A DNA stretch of 64,000 nt from Takakia lepidozioides (lineage: Eukaryota; Plantae; Bryophyta). The notes beneath the pieces are model-generated. The model ran no database searches. It had not been told where the DNA came from and worked only from the letters and a program-made list of their open reading frames with translations. The stretch is from contig CM060731.1 of assembly GCA_030704615.1 (NCBI GenBank), forward strand, positions 91,760,001-91,824,000, given 5' to 3'. This document shows positions 15,293-27,372 of the stretch, piece by piece. How positions within the stretch are numbered: position 1 is the first letter of the stretch; every line of letters begins with the position of its first letter. A program made the position numbers and the translations under genes.

Positions 15293-17190
15293 TTTTTGTC
15301 CCCACCCCTATGGGCGGAAATGCGGCGCCGCATTTCAATACAGCGGCGATGACACGGTTAGGGTTATTTTTTTTTCCCCCTTCCATCCCTTGTTGTTGGA
15401 CATGTGGCGCCGCATTTCCATCCAGCGGGGATGACTAGAGGGGGGCGGGGGAGGGGGGAAAAAACAAACAAAGAAAAAACAAAAACTTCTTTTGTCCCCG
15501 CCCCTATGGACGGAAATGCGGCGCCGCATTTCAATTTAGTGGCGATGACAAGAAAAAATAAAGTTAGGGTTGCTTTCCCCCCCCCCCCCCCCCCCCCCCC
15601 CTCTACCCTCTGTTGTTGGAAATGCGGCGCCGCATTTCCATCTAGCGGGGATGACAAGAGAAAAAAAAGAAAAAAAAGAGAAACTGAGAATTTTTTATTT
15701 CTTGTTTTCACCCCCTTCGGATGGAAATGCGGCACCGCATTTCAATCCAGCGGCGATGACTAGAGGAAAAACAATCAGGGGTTATTTCCCCCCTCCCCCC
15801 TGTGGTTGAAAATGCGGCGCCGCAATTACCATCCAGCGGGAATGACTAGAGGGGAAAAAAAAAAAACAGCGTCAAACGACTTTCAAAGAGCACGGGTGGA
15901 TGGCAGTCGAGACGGAAATGCGGCACCGCATTTCCGTCCTGACTCACATCCCCCTTTGCACGATGATCATCATTTGGGGAAAAGAGGTGGGCGGGATGAA
16001 CCTAGCGACGGAAATGCGCTGCCGCATTTTTGTCCGGACTGACACCTACCAATCACTTTATACCTAGTGGGACGGAAATGCGGCACCGCATTTCCATCCG
16101 GGTTCCCACTGGACCATGCCTTCCTACCATTGTGGATGGATATGTGGTGCCGCATTTCCGTCCTAACTGACACCTAAGCATCCTTGATACATGGTGGGAT
16201 GATAATCCGGTGCCGCATTTCCGTCCGGGCTCCCATTCCACCATGCATTTTTAACAGTCTGGACGGAAATGCGTTGCCGCATTTTCGTCCGGACTGACAC
16301 CTAAGCATCCCTTAACACCTGGTGGGACGGAAATACAGCGCCGCATTTCCGTTTGGGGTCCCACTGGACCATGCCTTTCTACCATTGTGGATGGAAATGC
16401 GGTGCCGCATTTCCTAACTCACACCTAAGTATCCTTGATACATGGTGGGATGACAATCCGGTGCCGCATTTCCGTCCGGGCTCCCATTCCACCATGCATT
16501 TTTAACAGTCTGGACGGAAATGCGGTGCAGCATTTCCGTCTGGGCTCCAACTGTACGATCCCTAAACAGGTGGTCAGATGGAAATGCGGTGCCGCATTCC
16601 CGTCCAGACATTGCTTTCCCGAGAGTCTAGACGGAAACGCGCCACCGTATTTCCGTCCGGACTGATAGTGGACCATCCCTTCATTTTTGGTGGGACGGAA
16701 ATGCGGTGCCGCATTTCCGTCTAGAAGACCACTTCAGTTTGCGTACTTGGCAGTTGAAGGGAAATGCGGCGCCGCATTTCCGTCCGGACTGTCACTGTAC
16801 ATTTTCTTAATGACAGCTTCGACGGAATTGCGGTGCCGCATTCCAGGCCCGCTACCATTTACTCTGGCAGACAGGACAGCGAAACGGAAGTGTGGCACCG
16901 CATTCCCGTCGAACTTGCCAAACAACCTTTTCTTCATGATAGGATGGCCGCAAATCCAGCCATCCAGCCTTACCATCCTGAGAATAGGGACGGAAATGCG
17001 GTGCCGTATTTCCGTCCCAGCTGCCCTCCACGCTTGCCTTCAGTAAAGAGGGTTCACGAAGGGGACGGAAATGCAGTACCGCATTTACCACTGACTGCCA
17101 TCCTCCCTGGCATCTTTATCCTCTTTCGTGATGCAGTAGGGAGGTATCCTGATCGAACGGCCACTAATGCCGCATCGCATTTGGTCTGTT
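13542..17190. repeat. array of about 45 copies of the 22-bp palindrome GGAAATGCGG(CG/TG/CA)CCGCATTTCC
   Basis: Three sub-arrays: 13542-14200 (~64-bp period), 14276-15935 (82-140-bp spacings with homopolymer-rich spacers) and 16010-17190 (mostly 64 bp). Confidence 0.95.
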
Positions 17191-17479
17191 GACTCATAGA
17201 GGCTGAAATGGCAATTGAAGGGGTCATTGCCAACACATTCGGAGGCGGTAATGCCGAACCGTTGCATCATCACTGACTGTCCTCTATTTCTTCGAATTCA
17301 ATTTTCCAGCGACGTAGGGGCCACCTGCCTCACGAGGAGACACGTAGGCCCTGACCTTTCGAATCCATACGGTGCATCTCCGCCGTTTGATGTCATCTTT
17401 CGCTGGTGACTCTTTCACTGCTCTAACACCCCTTCCAACACCATTCTTTGCCTCATTTCTTCACTTTAGTTTCTCTTAT

Positions 17480-19500
17480 GTTGCACAGCCTCATAGTGAG
17501 GTGGTGGAGGGATCATAGGGCTCTGAAGACCCGCAGGACGAAAAGGAGGAAGCTATTGCAGCCCGCACACACCCTCGACCTTCTAGCATGGGTCCTCCTG
17601 TCGGGCCTAACCTTGTGCGCTTCAAGGACGTGCTTTGGAAAGGTAAAGGTTTCAAGTCAAAAGCAGCAGAGAAAGAGGCAATTTGACGATGAAGATGATG
17701 GAGAGTCACCAACATGGGTCGTCCCCTTCTCCAAAAAATTAAAGAGCATGAAGCATCAGGCGGTTGTTGAGGAATATACTACCCCATCGGATCAGTCCCC
17801 TTCCCCTACGAAGAGCAAGAAGTAGACGGGGCGGTGGAGAATCGGACGAGAACGGAGGAGTCCCCTTCCCTTGCAAAGAGTAAGAAGCAGAAGGGGGCGA
17901 AAGCAAGGGCAGAGCAGTCTCCAGCAAAACCCCTCCACATGTTGAAGCTCAGTTCTTGCAGGAGTTTCAGAAGGAAACCGGGGGCAACTCTGCAGAAGCT
18001 CGGGCAGCTGCTCCGACGACGATCTCTAGCACTCATGTCCTGGTCGATCTTTCAGCGGATGAAGGTGTTGTTTCTTAACATGGGGAGCTCGACTTCTCCT
18101 ACCTAGAATAGGACTTTCGTGACAATAGGGGAGGTATGGACGACTACATTCTCCCACATGATCTGCTCGGCTACATTCCCAAGAATACAGGCACGGCTCT
18201 GGGTGGTCCATCTGAACAGCCCCTTCCCCCACCCCCAAAAATGTCGCAAGAGGATTTTCAGAGTGTAGAGAATCAAATGTTGGAGGAGACTCACAGCAGC
18301 ATTGGCAGAGTTCTTAGGACCAAGGTCTTCCCTTGCACACTGCGAATTGCACTCTGTCGAATGGTCTCCCTCCTGATAGTGAGGCTTGCTCTCGCAAGGG
18401 ATGTGGATAAGATGAAGTTCGCATTCCAAGAAGGCTATTGGCTGGGGTCTGCCGCCTGAGAATGAGGAAGGTGGATCGCATGCCCGACAACAGAAGAGTT
18501 AGCAGCCTAGGGTCCCCACTACCACACTCGCAACACGGAATTCAAAAAAATGCTGAAGGATGATGGCGGTGTTTGGTGGCCAGCCAAAATCCCCTCTAAC
18601 CCCTCTTACTATGAAAGCTGTGAAAACTGGCTCAGCAAAGAAGACACTCTTCAACCTCCCGGGGGGCACCCGTGCGAGCTAGTGGAAATGAAGGGCAGGC
18701 CAAAGTTGGAGCCAAAAACAGTGATTCAGTGTGCGAATGAGAGTTTTTTGAGGGCATTGGATGGCCGGCCAGCCGCCCAAGTTAGCACACATCAAGCAAA
18801 TGGAAGGCCTGAAAGCCAAAGCTCTAAGGAAGGCGACTGCAGAAGAGCCTGTAGACACTCCAGGATTTGTAGCCATGATGGATTTCTTTGCAATGACAAG
18901 TGAAGGGAAGAATTGCATGAGGCGTGGAAAACGGACCGACTGGTCATTGATTTGATCATCTTTGGATATTCCGGATGGAGAGCCTCTGGAAGGACTAGAT
19001 ATTGTGCCCTCTTGGAGCAAGTATTTCTGAGGACTTTTGGAAGAAAGGGTTTGGGCTAGCCTGCATGGTATTGGATGACAAAGGTTGTGTGGTGGTCCTT
19101 GCCAGCAAAGGCAAAAACACAGAGGCGGGAATTGCCAAGTGGACCCGTAAGAGTGGCGTCCCAATTCTGAAGAAGATGTGGACCTGCATCAACTCAATGG
19201 GCCTTCGCTCCAAGGGAAACCAGATAATTACCGTACTGCCAAACAGAAACCGGTTGGCATTTGTAACTGTGGATTGGAATGCGGTGCCAAATTCTGCTTA
19301 TGAATGGGGTCCATTGGATTTCGGCAGCACGGCATCCTTGCAAAGGAATTGCGGACGATGCTACAGGAACAGTATTTCAGCACTCAGGAGACTATGTATG
19401 GAGATGAGAATGAGTTTGCAGACATTGCCCTTCATTGCTTATACTCCACAAGATATTTGATTTCCCCCCTTACAGGGACTTGCACGGATGAAGATTAGCG
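17480..19500 (+). pseudogene. deleted and frameshifted ParB-like / DNA amino-methyltransferase-like cargo gene (copy 1)
   Basis: Homologous to 58450-62480: MLEETHSSIGRVL..LCRMVSL..DVDKMKFAF, KLEPKTVIQC.NESFL, DLII.DIPDGEP (DIPD at 18965-18976), MVLDDKGCVVVL. The DGNHR and motif I segments are missing. Confidence 0.82.
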
Positions 19501-19699
19501 GCTCTATGAATGGAGCCGTTTTCAGTTTCCATCTGTGCCATGGAAACCATGCGCCGCTTTTCTCATCGGACTGTACGTACCCGGTGGAAATAAGGTGCCG
19601 CAATTGCTTTCGCGGATCCTATGACCGCGGATAAGTACCCTATTCATGTGGACAATCATTTCTGAAAAAAATTACTGCTCATGATTTTTTCGGCAGTTA

Positions 19700-19757
19700 C
19701 GAGTCTGCTCATGGCTCATGCCGCTCATGGCTCATGGCTCATGAAATAGCAGCCCCC
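19700..19757 (-). repeat. right TIR with GCTCATG heptamers
   Basis: gctcatggctcatgccgctcatggctcatggctcatgaaatagcagccccc is the inverse of the left end. Confidence 0.88.
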
Positions 19758-19765
19758 GTATCACG

Positions 19766-22700
19766 GGGGTGCTTTCCTATATCTATTCCTTCTTGCATTC
19801 ATGTTTAGTATGTTACCTTACTGCCTAGGATTAAGTATCAGATTGCTTCTGCAATCTACCGAGTTCCATCTTTACAACTTAGGCATAAATTCCACAGCGT
19901 CACTCGGGTCTCTCTACACAGTGTGAGTATGAAGTAGGTATCGTATTTATAACTATCATCTGTCAGGCCGAAGCCATGGTGTCTCTAATCTACCCTATAG
20001 TAACATCTCTACAGCTTGCATGTATCAAGCTCTCTCCGTCGTCTCTCTCATCCTCCGCATATTCGCCTCCGTATACTCCAAGTCCATGTGCCAAGAAGTG
20101 ATCCCCTCACCATAGCTACTCTGCATAATCTACCCGCAAGCTGTTCTAACCGTCTAACTAACTAACTGTCATCCAGGACAGTACGTACTGTACTCTTGCT
20201 CCCTACGATGGTGACATTCCCGCGTTCTCGTTCCCTGCCAGTGGTAACAGTGTCCTGTGACCTGTGTCGAGCTGTGTCGTGTGGCGCTGTGATGGGCTGT
20301 GTCAACTGTGATGGGCTGTGACCTGTGTGGCATTGTGACGGGCTGTGTCGGGTTGTGACCGCACAGTTACGAGTCCACAGCTGTCATACCCCCCCCCCCC
20401 TTGTCTGTGATACCCTGTGATAGGCTGTGTAAGCCTGTGACTGCTGCCTATGTGGGCCTGTATCTGCCGCACCTTAAGGCCTGTGCTGACTTGTGTCTAT
20501 TCATGGCAGCAGAGCCATGTCTGCGCAAAATTAAGGGTACCCCACAGAATCCGTAAATCGTTTAAGTCCTAGACAGCCCTGTAACATTATCCCCTCCCCT
20601 CTCAAAAAGTCGTGTCCTCACGGTTTACTGTTTAGGATCAGCAAACCTCTGTGAACGGATACCCTTATGCTTCTGAGAGTCCTTCTTAGGGCTCTGTGTA
20701 TGAGCCCAAGCCTTTCCTTTGGCTGGTGGGGATGCCTGTCTGCTCGCCGGAGCAGATTGGCCTGTTTTGGGATCAGGTGGAGGTTGTCTGTTAGGAATAG
20801 GAGAGCCTCGTCTTTTCTTGTCCGCCATGGCTTTCTCATATTCATCTGCCATGTCAAGGATGTTAGTGGCCACGGAACCAGTGGTATTAGAGTCATTGTC
20901 CCCTCTTTGTCCTTTCAGTTTCATGGCCTTCAGCTGTACTTCAGGAAGTTTGACTGGCATACCATGTATGCCTACCATGTCTGGAACACCATGTAACAAC
21001 ACTTGTGCCACCTTCTGTCGGGCAAGATTAGTATATGCCCGTAGCTCCTTGTCTGTGTAACTGAGTGGCGTGCCTATCACCTTTGAAAAATACAACCACT
21101 TCCTGGCCTCATGCCCCTTGGGGAAAATGTGATCATCCCAGTCCAGTTTGTGTAAGTCCTCCAGAGCAGAAGAAAACCAATCATGGAGCTGGGTATCCCG
21201 CTGAAGCATGAGCCTCACATCATACAGGTACTTGTGGTCTGGAACTGGAGGTAATGTCCAATGCTCCCCATTGGAATAAGTCTGGTACCTCATCAGCATT
21301 TTCTGCTACTCTGTGTGGTATCCTAAAACAAAACAAGTAGCATAATATGTTCCATAGCCCATAACAAGACTAGGTACTTCTCTGGTCGTGGTGTAGATCT
21401 GGAAGGCAAGTAATTCCTTGAGCATTGTTCCTGCCTCAGCCCAACAACATGCAAAATGATGATCCTCAATGGGCTTATCAGTTGGAAGAACCTTGTTTCG
21501 AGTTGCCAAGGGCAACCAAATGCACATGAGTTGGTAATAATATGCCAAGGACTTAGGAGGACCCATTTACTTCCAAACCAAATCCATAACCAAGGGAATA
21601 TGGTTGAAGGGAAGAACCATGGCTCTGCTATATTCAAGATCAGCAGGAGTAGTAGGTGGGTTAAGAGAAGAGTCACCCCAAATAGCAGGTACTGATTGCA
21701 GCAGTGTCATGGTATCCATGGTGGCTGCCTGTTGATGCACTCCCTCCTTGTGCTGGTAAGGCCTGTCCTCCTTCCACTGGAAATTGAAGAACAAAAGACT
21801 TAGTAGGTGGGTTAAGAGAAGAGTCACCCCAAATAGCAGGTACTGATTGCAGCAGTGTCATGGTATCCATGGTGGCTGCCTGTTGATGCACTCCCTCCTT
21901 GTGCTGGTAAGGCATGTCCTCCTTCCACTAGAAATCGAAGAACAAAAGACTTGGTCTGCAGATATGTGGCTAGTAATTGTTCCTCAGGAACAAATTCCCT
22001 CTTGTCAATGGCTGAACTCAAGTCCTCCACTTGAGTCTGAAGACCCATCACCTCCTCTTGCAACTCAGCTATCTGACCATAAACAATATTTATGGTGCAT
22101 GTGGCAATCATCTGCACCCATTGTCTGAGATCTTGCATCTCATCCTTAGTTAATTTTCTAGGTGCCTTACCTTCCACTGGTCCCTCCTCTAACCACACCT
22201 GCAGGAGATGGTCATCTACAAATTTCTCTGTAGAATCCCTGATAGCTTGCTCCTCCTTTAGTTTGTATGCCTCCATCTGTTGCTCCAACCTTTGTATGCG
22301 TTGGTGATAGGGGTCTTGCAAGGCTGCAAAGGCAGCCATCATATTATTGGCTTCATTCCTCCCCTTCTCAGCCACTAAAGGTGTGTGCTTGTATTTAGCA
22401 TTATCCTGTTGTAAGTGTAACATGTTCTGGTCTGCCTTTTCTTTGTAGAGTCTCAACTCTTTGAGGGAGACTTCCTGGCGACTGATGGTGTCCTTCATGC
22501 CAGTAATTAGCTCATTCTGATGAATGACCTCAGCTGTAGCCTCTGCATACAGATTGGCTTTCTCCTTGAGTTGTGCCTCTATCCCTTGAAGTTGAACTTC
22601 ATGATTCACCGACTGTATGGTAAGTTTTTGGTTAGCTGCTGCTAACCCTACAGCAACAACTTTCTCTGATGCCATAAGTGCCTCATGATTGATTTGCAAC

Positions 22701-22990
22701 TGATACAGTTGCTAAGTACATTCCTCTTGCATCTGCTGTTGTTAAAGGCCTGCCTTGATCAAATCCTCTCTTGCAAGTTGCAGGGCAGCAGTGGTCTCTT
22801 CCAGCTCTTGCTTAAGCTTGAGGCTTGCCTCAACATCAATCTTGGTTGTCCGTTCAGCCAGAATCCTAACCTCAAACTCTTGTTTGAGTTCCTCCCTCAG
22901 TGTTGCCAGCTGTTCCAAGGGAACATGAGTCTTAAAGTAGTTCCCCAAAAGATTAAGGGTTCGACCTATGGAACTCAGAACCATGGCCTG
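19766..22990 (-). mobile_element. LTR retrotransposon remnant: putative 3' LTR (starts TGTTACA at 20586, reading leftwards), PPT and broken extra ORF(s)
   Basis: Minus-strand GAGAGGGGAGGGG (20591-20603) lies 4 nt before TGTTACA. Upstream broken ORFs 20625-22984 include a coiled-coil-rich 291-aa frame. No pol seen. Confidence 0.55.
21650..21951. repeat. 151-bp direct tandem duplication
   Basis: 21650-21800 and 21801-21951 are nearly identical. Confidence 0.92.
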
Positions 22991-23029
22991 CTGCGGATCT
23001 TCCTATGGAGTTTTCTGTATTTCTTGCTG

Positions 23030-24287
23030 GTCATCAACAGCCAACTAAATTACTGCAATTTAAGTCAGAGATGAGTAAAGCAGTCTCCACTCCACTAGAA
23101 GCAGGCCTAAAGCTCACAAAAGAGATGTGTCCTCAAACTCAAGAAGACACAGAAGATATGACAAAGGTTCCATATCAGAGTGCCGTGGGTAGCTTAATGT
23201 ATTGCATGACTTGCACTAGACCTGATATTGCATACTCAGTCGGAGTCGTCTCACAGTTTCTTTCGAATCCTGGTGAGACCCATTGGAGAGCAGTCAAGAG
23301 GATTTTTAGATACCTCAGAGGAACATCAACGATGGGATTACTCTACAAAGGAAAGGGGAGAACAGGTCTGGAAGGCTATACAGATGCTGATTGGGCAGGG
23401 GATTTTGACAGCAAGAGATCGACATCGGGACATTATTTCACTCTTGCAGGTGGAGCTGTGTCGTGGTCAAGCAAGAGACAGACTGCAACAGCGCTTTCAT
23501 CAACGGAAGCGGAATACATGACAGCCACTCAAGCGGCCAAAGAGGCTGTGTGGTTAAGAAAGTTACTAGGAGACTTGGGTCATAAGCAATCAGGAGCAAC
23601 AACTATGTATTGTGATAATCAGAGTGCAATAGCACTAAGTCAAAACCCTAAGTATCATTCTAGGACTAAGCACATAGAAGTGCAACATCATTACATAAGA
23701 GAGATAGTGGCCAAAGAAGAAGTCAACATAGTTTACTGTGCTACAGACGACATGGTTGCAGATATCATGACGAAGAGTTTACCAAAGCTCAAGCATTCGA
23801 AGTGTACTACTGAGCTTGGCCTTAGCTCGAGTCTACAGTAGTTCAAGAACATACACAGAGGCTTTACAAACTGATTAAGACCTAACTAAGTGGGAGTGTA
23901 GAAGAAGTAGTTAGTCTATACTTAGATTAGGTGTTACTATTAGTTAGTAGCATCTAGGAGGTCTGAACAGTTAAGACTCTTGGTTCTAGATTTGAACAGA
24001 TAGATCTAAACAGGTGTGTTTAAGATCTCAAGAGGTGAACCTCTTGCACTGTGTAAACTCTGAGCTCGGGGGAGAAGCCGATCATCTTGTTCTTGATCAT
24101 AAGGCTTCTATGGTTGGGAGGAGAGCTCCACTGTCTAATAAAAATTCTCTTTGTTATTTACTATATTAGGTGCCCTACTTACAGTTATACTAACTAGCAC
24201 TCCTAATAGTTAGTGCACCTCACTAACTGAGATAGAGTAGTTTGGTGTAAAAGTTAACGGGTCTGAAATAGGTTCTTTAAACTAACA
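23030..24287 (+). mobile_element. Ty1/copia 3' fragment (RT C-terminus, RNase H, PPT, 3' LTR)
   Basis: VPYQSAVGSLMY..TRPDIAY, YTDADWAGD..RSTSG, STEAEY, CDNQSAI, RTKHIEVQHH, ADIMTKSL. AAGTGGGAG is followed by TGTAG at 23897. LTR right end uncertain (24183 or 24287). Confidence 0.93.
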
Positions 24288-24530
24288 GGTGCGTACGTCC
24301 TTGCCACGGTGGCTTGCCATCTCCTTGCTTTCTCCTTGACCGTGACAGAGAGTGTTTCAAGGAGCATGGAGAGTATCGCGAGAGTGGCCTGTCGCGGAGG
24401 AGCGTGGAGTGGACTGTCGCGGGGGAGATGGAGTGGAGGCTCTGCCTGGATCGAGCTTCATCGACTTGCAAGAAGGAGCTCAATGCGCAGTGAAGAGAGT
24501 GCGCCCTAATCAAACCGTGCAGATTTTCTC

Positions 24531-25560
24531 ATGACAGAGGAGGCGAGTTCAGCAGTTCATATGACTCCCAGTGGAAGTACACCACATCAAAGATCATCAG
24601 CTCAAAGAGCGTCGACTAGAGATATGCTGGATTTCATGATGGAAGGAATGGATGATGAAGAACCTGCCATAGAACATGAACCCGGTGTACTAGAAGATGA
24701 ACCTCCCAGCGCACTTAGTAGGGTTCAAAAATCAAGCCAGCTCCAAAGGGGAAGTGGGCTGGAAACAAGGAGAAACGTCCACGAGCACGTAATTGGGACT
24801 TGCTTGAGACACTTTGTTTGATTGCAGCAAAGAGAATAGAGTGGGAGAAATATGAGCAAGCTTCTAGTAGAGAGAGAGCCACATTGTCAGCAAATCAGAG
24901 ATGGGAAATCATTGGAGGTTACATGGTTGACCATAACTATGAAAGAGAAGGAAATGGATGTAGAACCAAATGGGAGAATATTTTGGCTGACTTCGAGGGG
25001 GTGAAGGATTGGGATAAAGTCAGTGGAAACGAACCATATTCGACCATGTCCTCTAATGAGAGACATGCAGCAGGGTTGGCAAGGAATTTTGAGCAAGAGA
25101 TCTATGATGCATTGGACAATGTGTTCGAATCTCATCCTTTATTTAACCCCCCAGGTTCGGTTGATAGTTCTGGACCAACTCCTGCATCCTCTATAGTTGG
25201 TTCTCAAGAAGAGGGAACCTCCTCCACTTGTAAGTGCAGAAATGTCAGGTGCTACTCCACCTCCAACAGCGTCTCTAGTTGGGGATAGGGAGCCTGGATC
25301 TCAGGGAAAAGAAAAAAATCCAGCCAAGGGTCAGCAGTAGAATGTGCAATTAGGGAGACTCGGGATAGTTATGTTTCAATTTTCAAAGAACAAACATAGT
25401 ATATCAAGGAGAGGGAAGCATCCATGATGGTACTTGAAGAAACAAAGTTGGCAACTGAAGAGAGAAAAGTGACAATGGAGGAGAAGAAGATTATTGAAGA
25501 ACAAGTTGATCGCTGAGCTTTAATTGGAGTGCTTGGTAGTTTGGCAGGTGTTTTTGAGAA
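24531..25560 (+). pseudogene. Myb/SANT trihelix-like protein remnant (probably PIF/Harbinger accessory ORF)
   Basis: LIAAKR..RWEIIGGYM..CRTKWENILADF..ERHAAGLARNFEQEIYDAL; frameshift and stops; charged coiled-coil tail. Confidence 0.7.
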
Positions 25561-25569
25561 GATTGCGAG

Positions 25570-27372
25570 TAGAATGACCGATCGGTAGTGAGTGAATGTG
25601 GCTGGAAATTAAATAGCATACCTGGTCTCTTCAATATGTACTTGATGCCTGAATCTAAAATGATAGTGGGCTCTTTGAAGCTTCCCACTTTGGACAAATC
25701 CTTCGTCACGGTAAAAGTGCAGGAAGTATCTCTGGCGATCATTTGTCTCCACTGTCATCCTGAAGGTCATGTGAAAGCTGATTGCCCAGTGTTGTTTAAG
25801 GAGAGACAGGCTCTGACCCACTCTGATGAGGTTCGTGTGACCGATCATCTTGTGCATAATGCAGATCAGAACCTGAAGAGGGCAGATGCCACACCGCCGG
25901 CCCTCCGGCCCCAGCTAAGAGAAGCAGGGCTGATCTCTCTCTAGTATCGATCAGCCCAAGGGTTTATCTGCTGTCATCACCCTCCCTAGGGGCTAAATTC
26001 AAACCGGAAGAGATTTTGGCTGTGTTCCCTCTAGCGCCGGCGGATGGTGTTCAAAGCCTCGCAGCCTTTTGTCTGCAGCTCAAATCGTTTGTAGATGTGG
26101 TTCTTCCCAACTTTTCTCACTTGGCCTCCGCCTCTCAATCCGTGGCAATCAACATATCACCCATAATTTTTGGGTTCCCTGAAGGCACCCCCTCTATTCT
26201 TCTCACGGGAAAGAGCAAGATCGCTCTTGGATTACTAAGAAAGATTATCTCTCCTTCTCACAAGGAAATGAGCTCGAGCTTATCCTTTGCAAAATCAGGG
26301 AGATCCTCTCTGCCCACTGCTCTTTCCTTTGATTTGTCCTCCGATCGTCTGTCTTCTTTGGGTCTCGAGTTCATCAATCCTCCTCTAACAAGAAGCTTCT
26401 TTTTGTCCAAGTTCTTCCAGTTATCAAGCTGTCTGATGTCTCTGTCTTGCCAGCAGGTGACCCTTCTCACTCTTGGATATCGGGTTCTTCAACCCCTGAA
26501 GAGGTGGGTGGAATTGCATGACGGCCATTCCTTCTAGCAACCCTGGAAGCGGGTCTGAAGCTGGTGGAGGCCTTCAGATCGTCGCAGAAGTACTCTCGTG
26601 GCACTGAAAGGACTTCGCCGTCGGACGACCTCGCAATTGTCCCTATCCCAGATAGATGTTGAGAACTCTGCTATCTGCTTGGCCCCGCTGAACCTGGATT
26701 TACCGTCTCCGCCTGCAGTGAGCTCTGGCTCACTCCTCCTTGCCTGCGGATCCCGGTCTCTTGTTCGAAGTTCTTCCCTTACAGTCATCAAGTCGTGACA
26801 GCTTCATCGGCTATGTCATTGCTCCATCATGAATCTGAAACCTTTGCTCATGGAATAATAGAGGGATAGGGTCCGAAGCGACGGTTCCTAAGAGAGGCAA
26901 AATTAAGTTGTGGGCTTCATCTCTGCTCTCCTCCAACGCTATTGTTTTTTTGCAAGAACATAATATTAGACTCTAGAAAGATTGATTCGTTAGGCAATTC
27001 CATCTGGCCTTCCCCTACTGCCTGGTGGAATCCTACGGTGGTCCAGAGGGGGCACCGCGATTGTAATTTCACCCGCTTCGGCTCCTTTTTTCTCAAAGTA
27101 GAGTCCTGGAAGCCTGGTAGAGCCCAATGCGCATTCGCTTCTGCGACCTCTATTTTCGGAGCTACTGCGCTCATTAATATTTATGCTCATAATTCGGTGG
27201 CTGATAGGATTGTCTTCTGGTCCATGTTGCATTCTAATATTCTCAATAATCCCCAGGTCTCCAACTAGATGTTAGCGGGTGATTTTAATATGGTGGAAGC
27301 CCTTGGTGATAGATTTGGAGCTTCCGCGCACTCTCTATCCCCTGAAGAGCAATCTGCTTGGGATAGGATGTG
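25570..27372 (+). mobile_element. L1-type LINE fragments (ORF1 zinc knuckle, ORF2 APE endonuclease)
   Basis: CLHCHPEGHVKADC knuckle; WNNRGIG (~26851), LINIYAHN..RIVFW and LAGDFNMVE; truncated at 27372 by an LTR. Confidence 0.75.

Larger units (their letters stand above)
11621..19757. mobile_element. Mutator-like element, GCM/ParB-MTase family, copy 1 (internally deleted, both ends intact)
   Basis: Imperfect TIRs: GAGGTTTACTATTTCATGAGC (left) versus GGGGGCTGCTATTTCATGAGC (reverse complement of right end). 8-bp TSD GTATCATG (11613-11620) / GTATCACG (19758-19765). Collinear with the element starting at 28284. Confidence 0.9.

Noticed and set aside
13286-17273. Many ORFs with MRRRISV / KCGAAFP / GNAAPHF repeats (also 56536-58427)
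   Set aside because: These are translations of the stop-free palindrome in all six frames, with no evidence of coding.
11621-19757. Zisupton/KDZ or hAT classification because of the 8-bp TSD and SWIM
   Set aside because: The core in copy 2 shows the Mutator D..D..CxxH..(T)NxxES pattern followed by SWIM.
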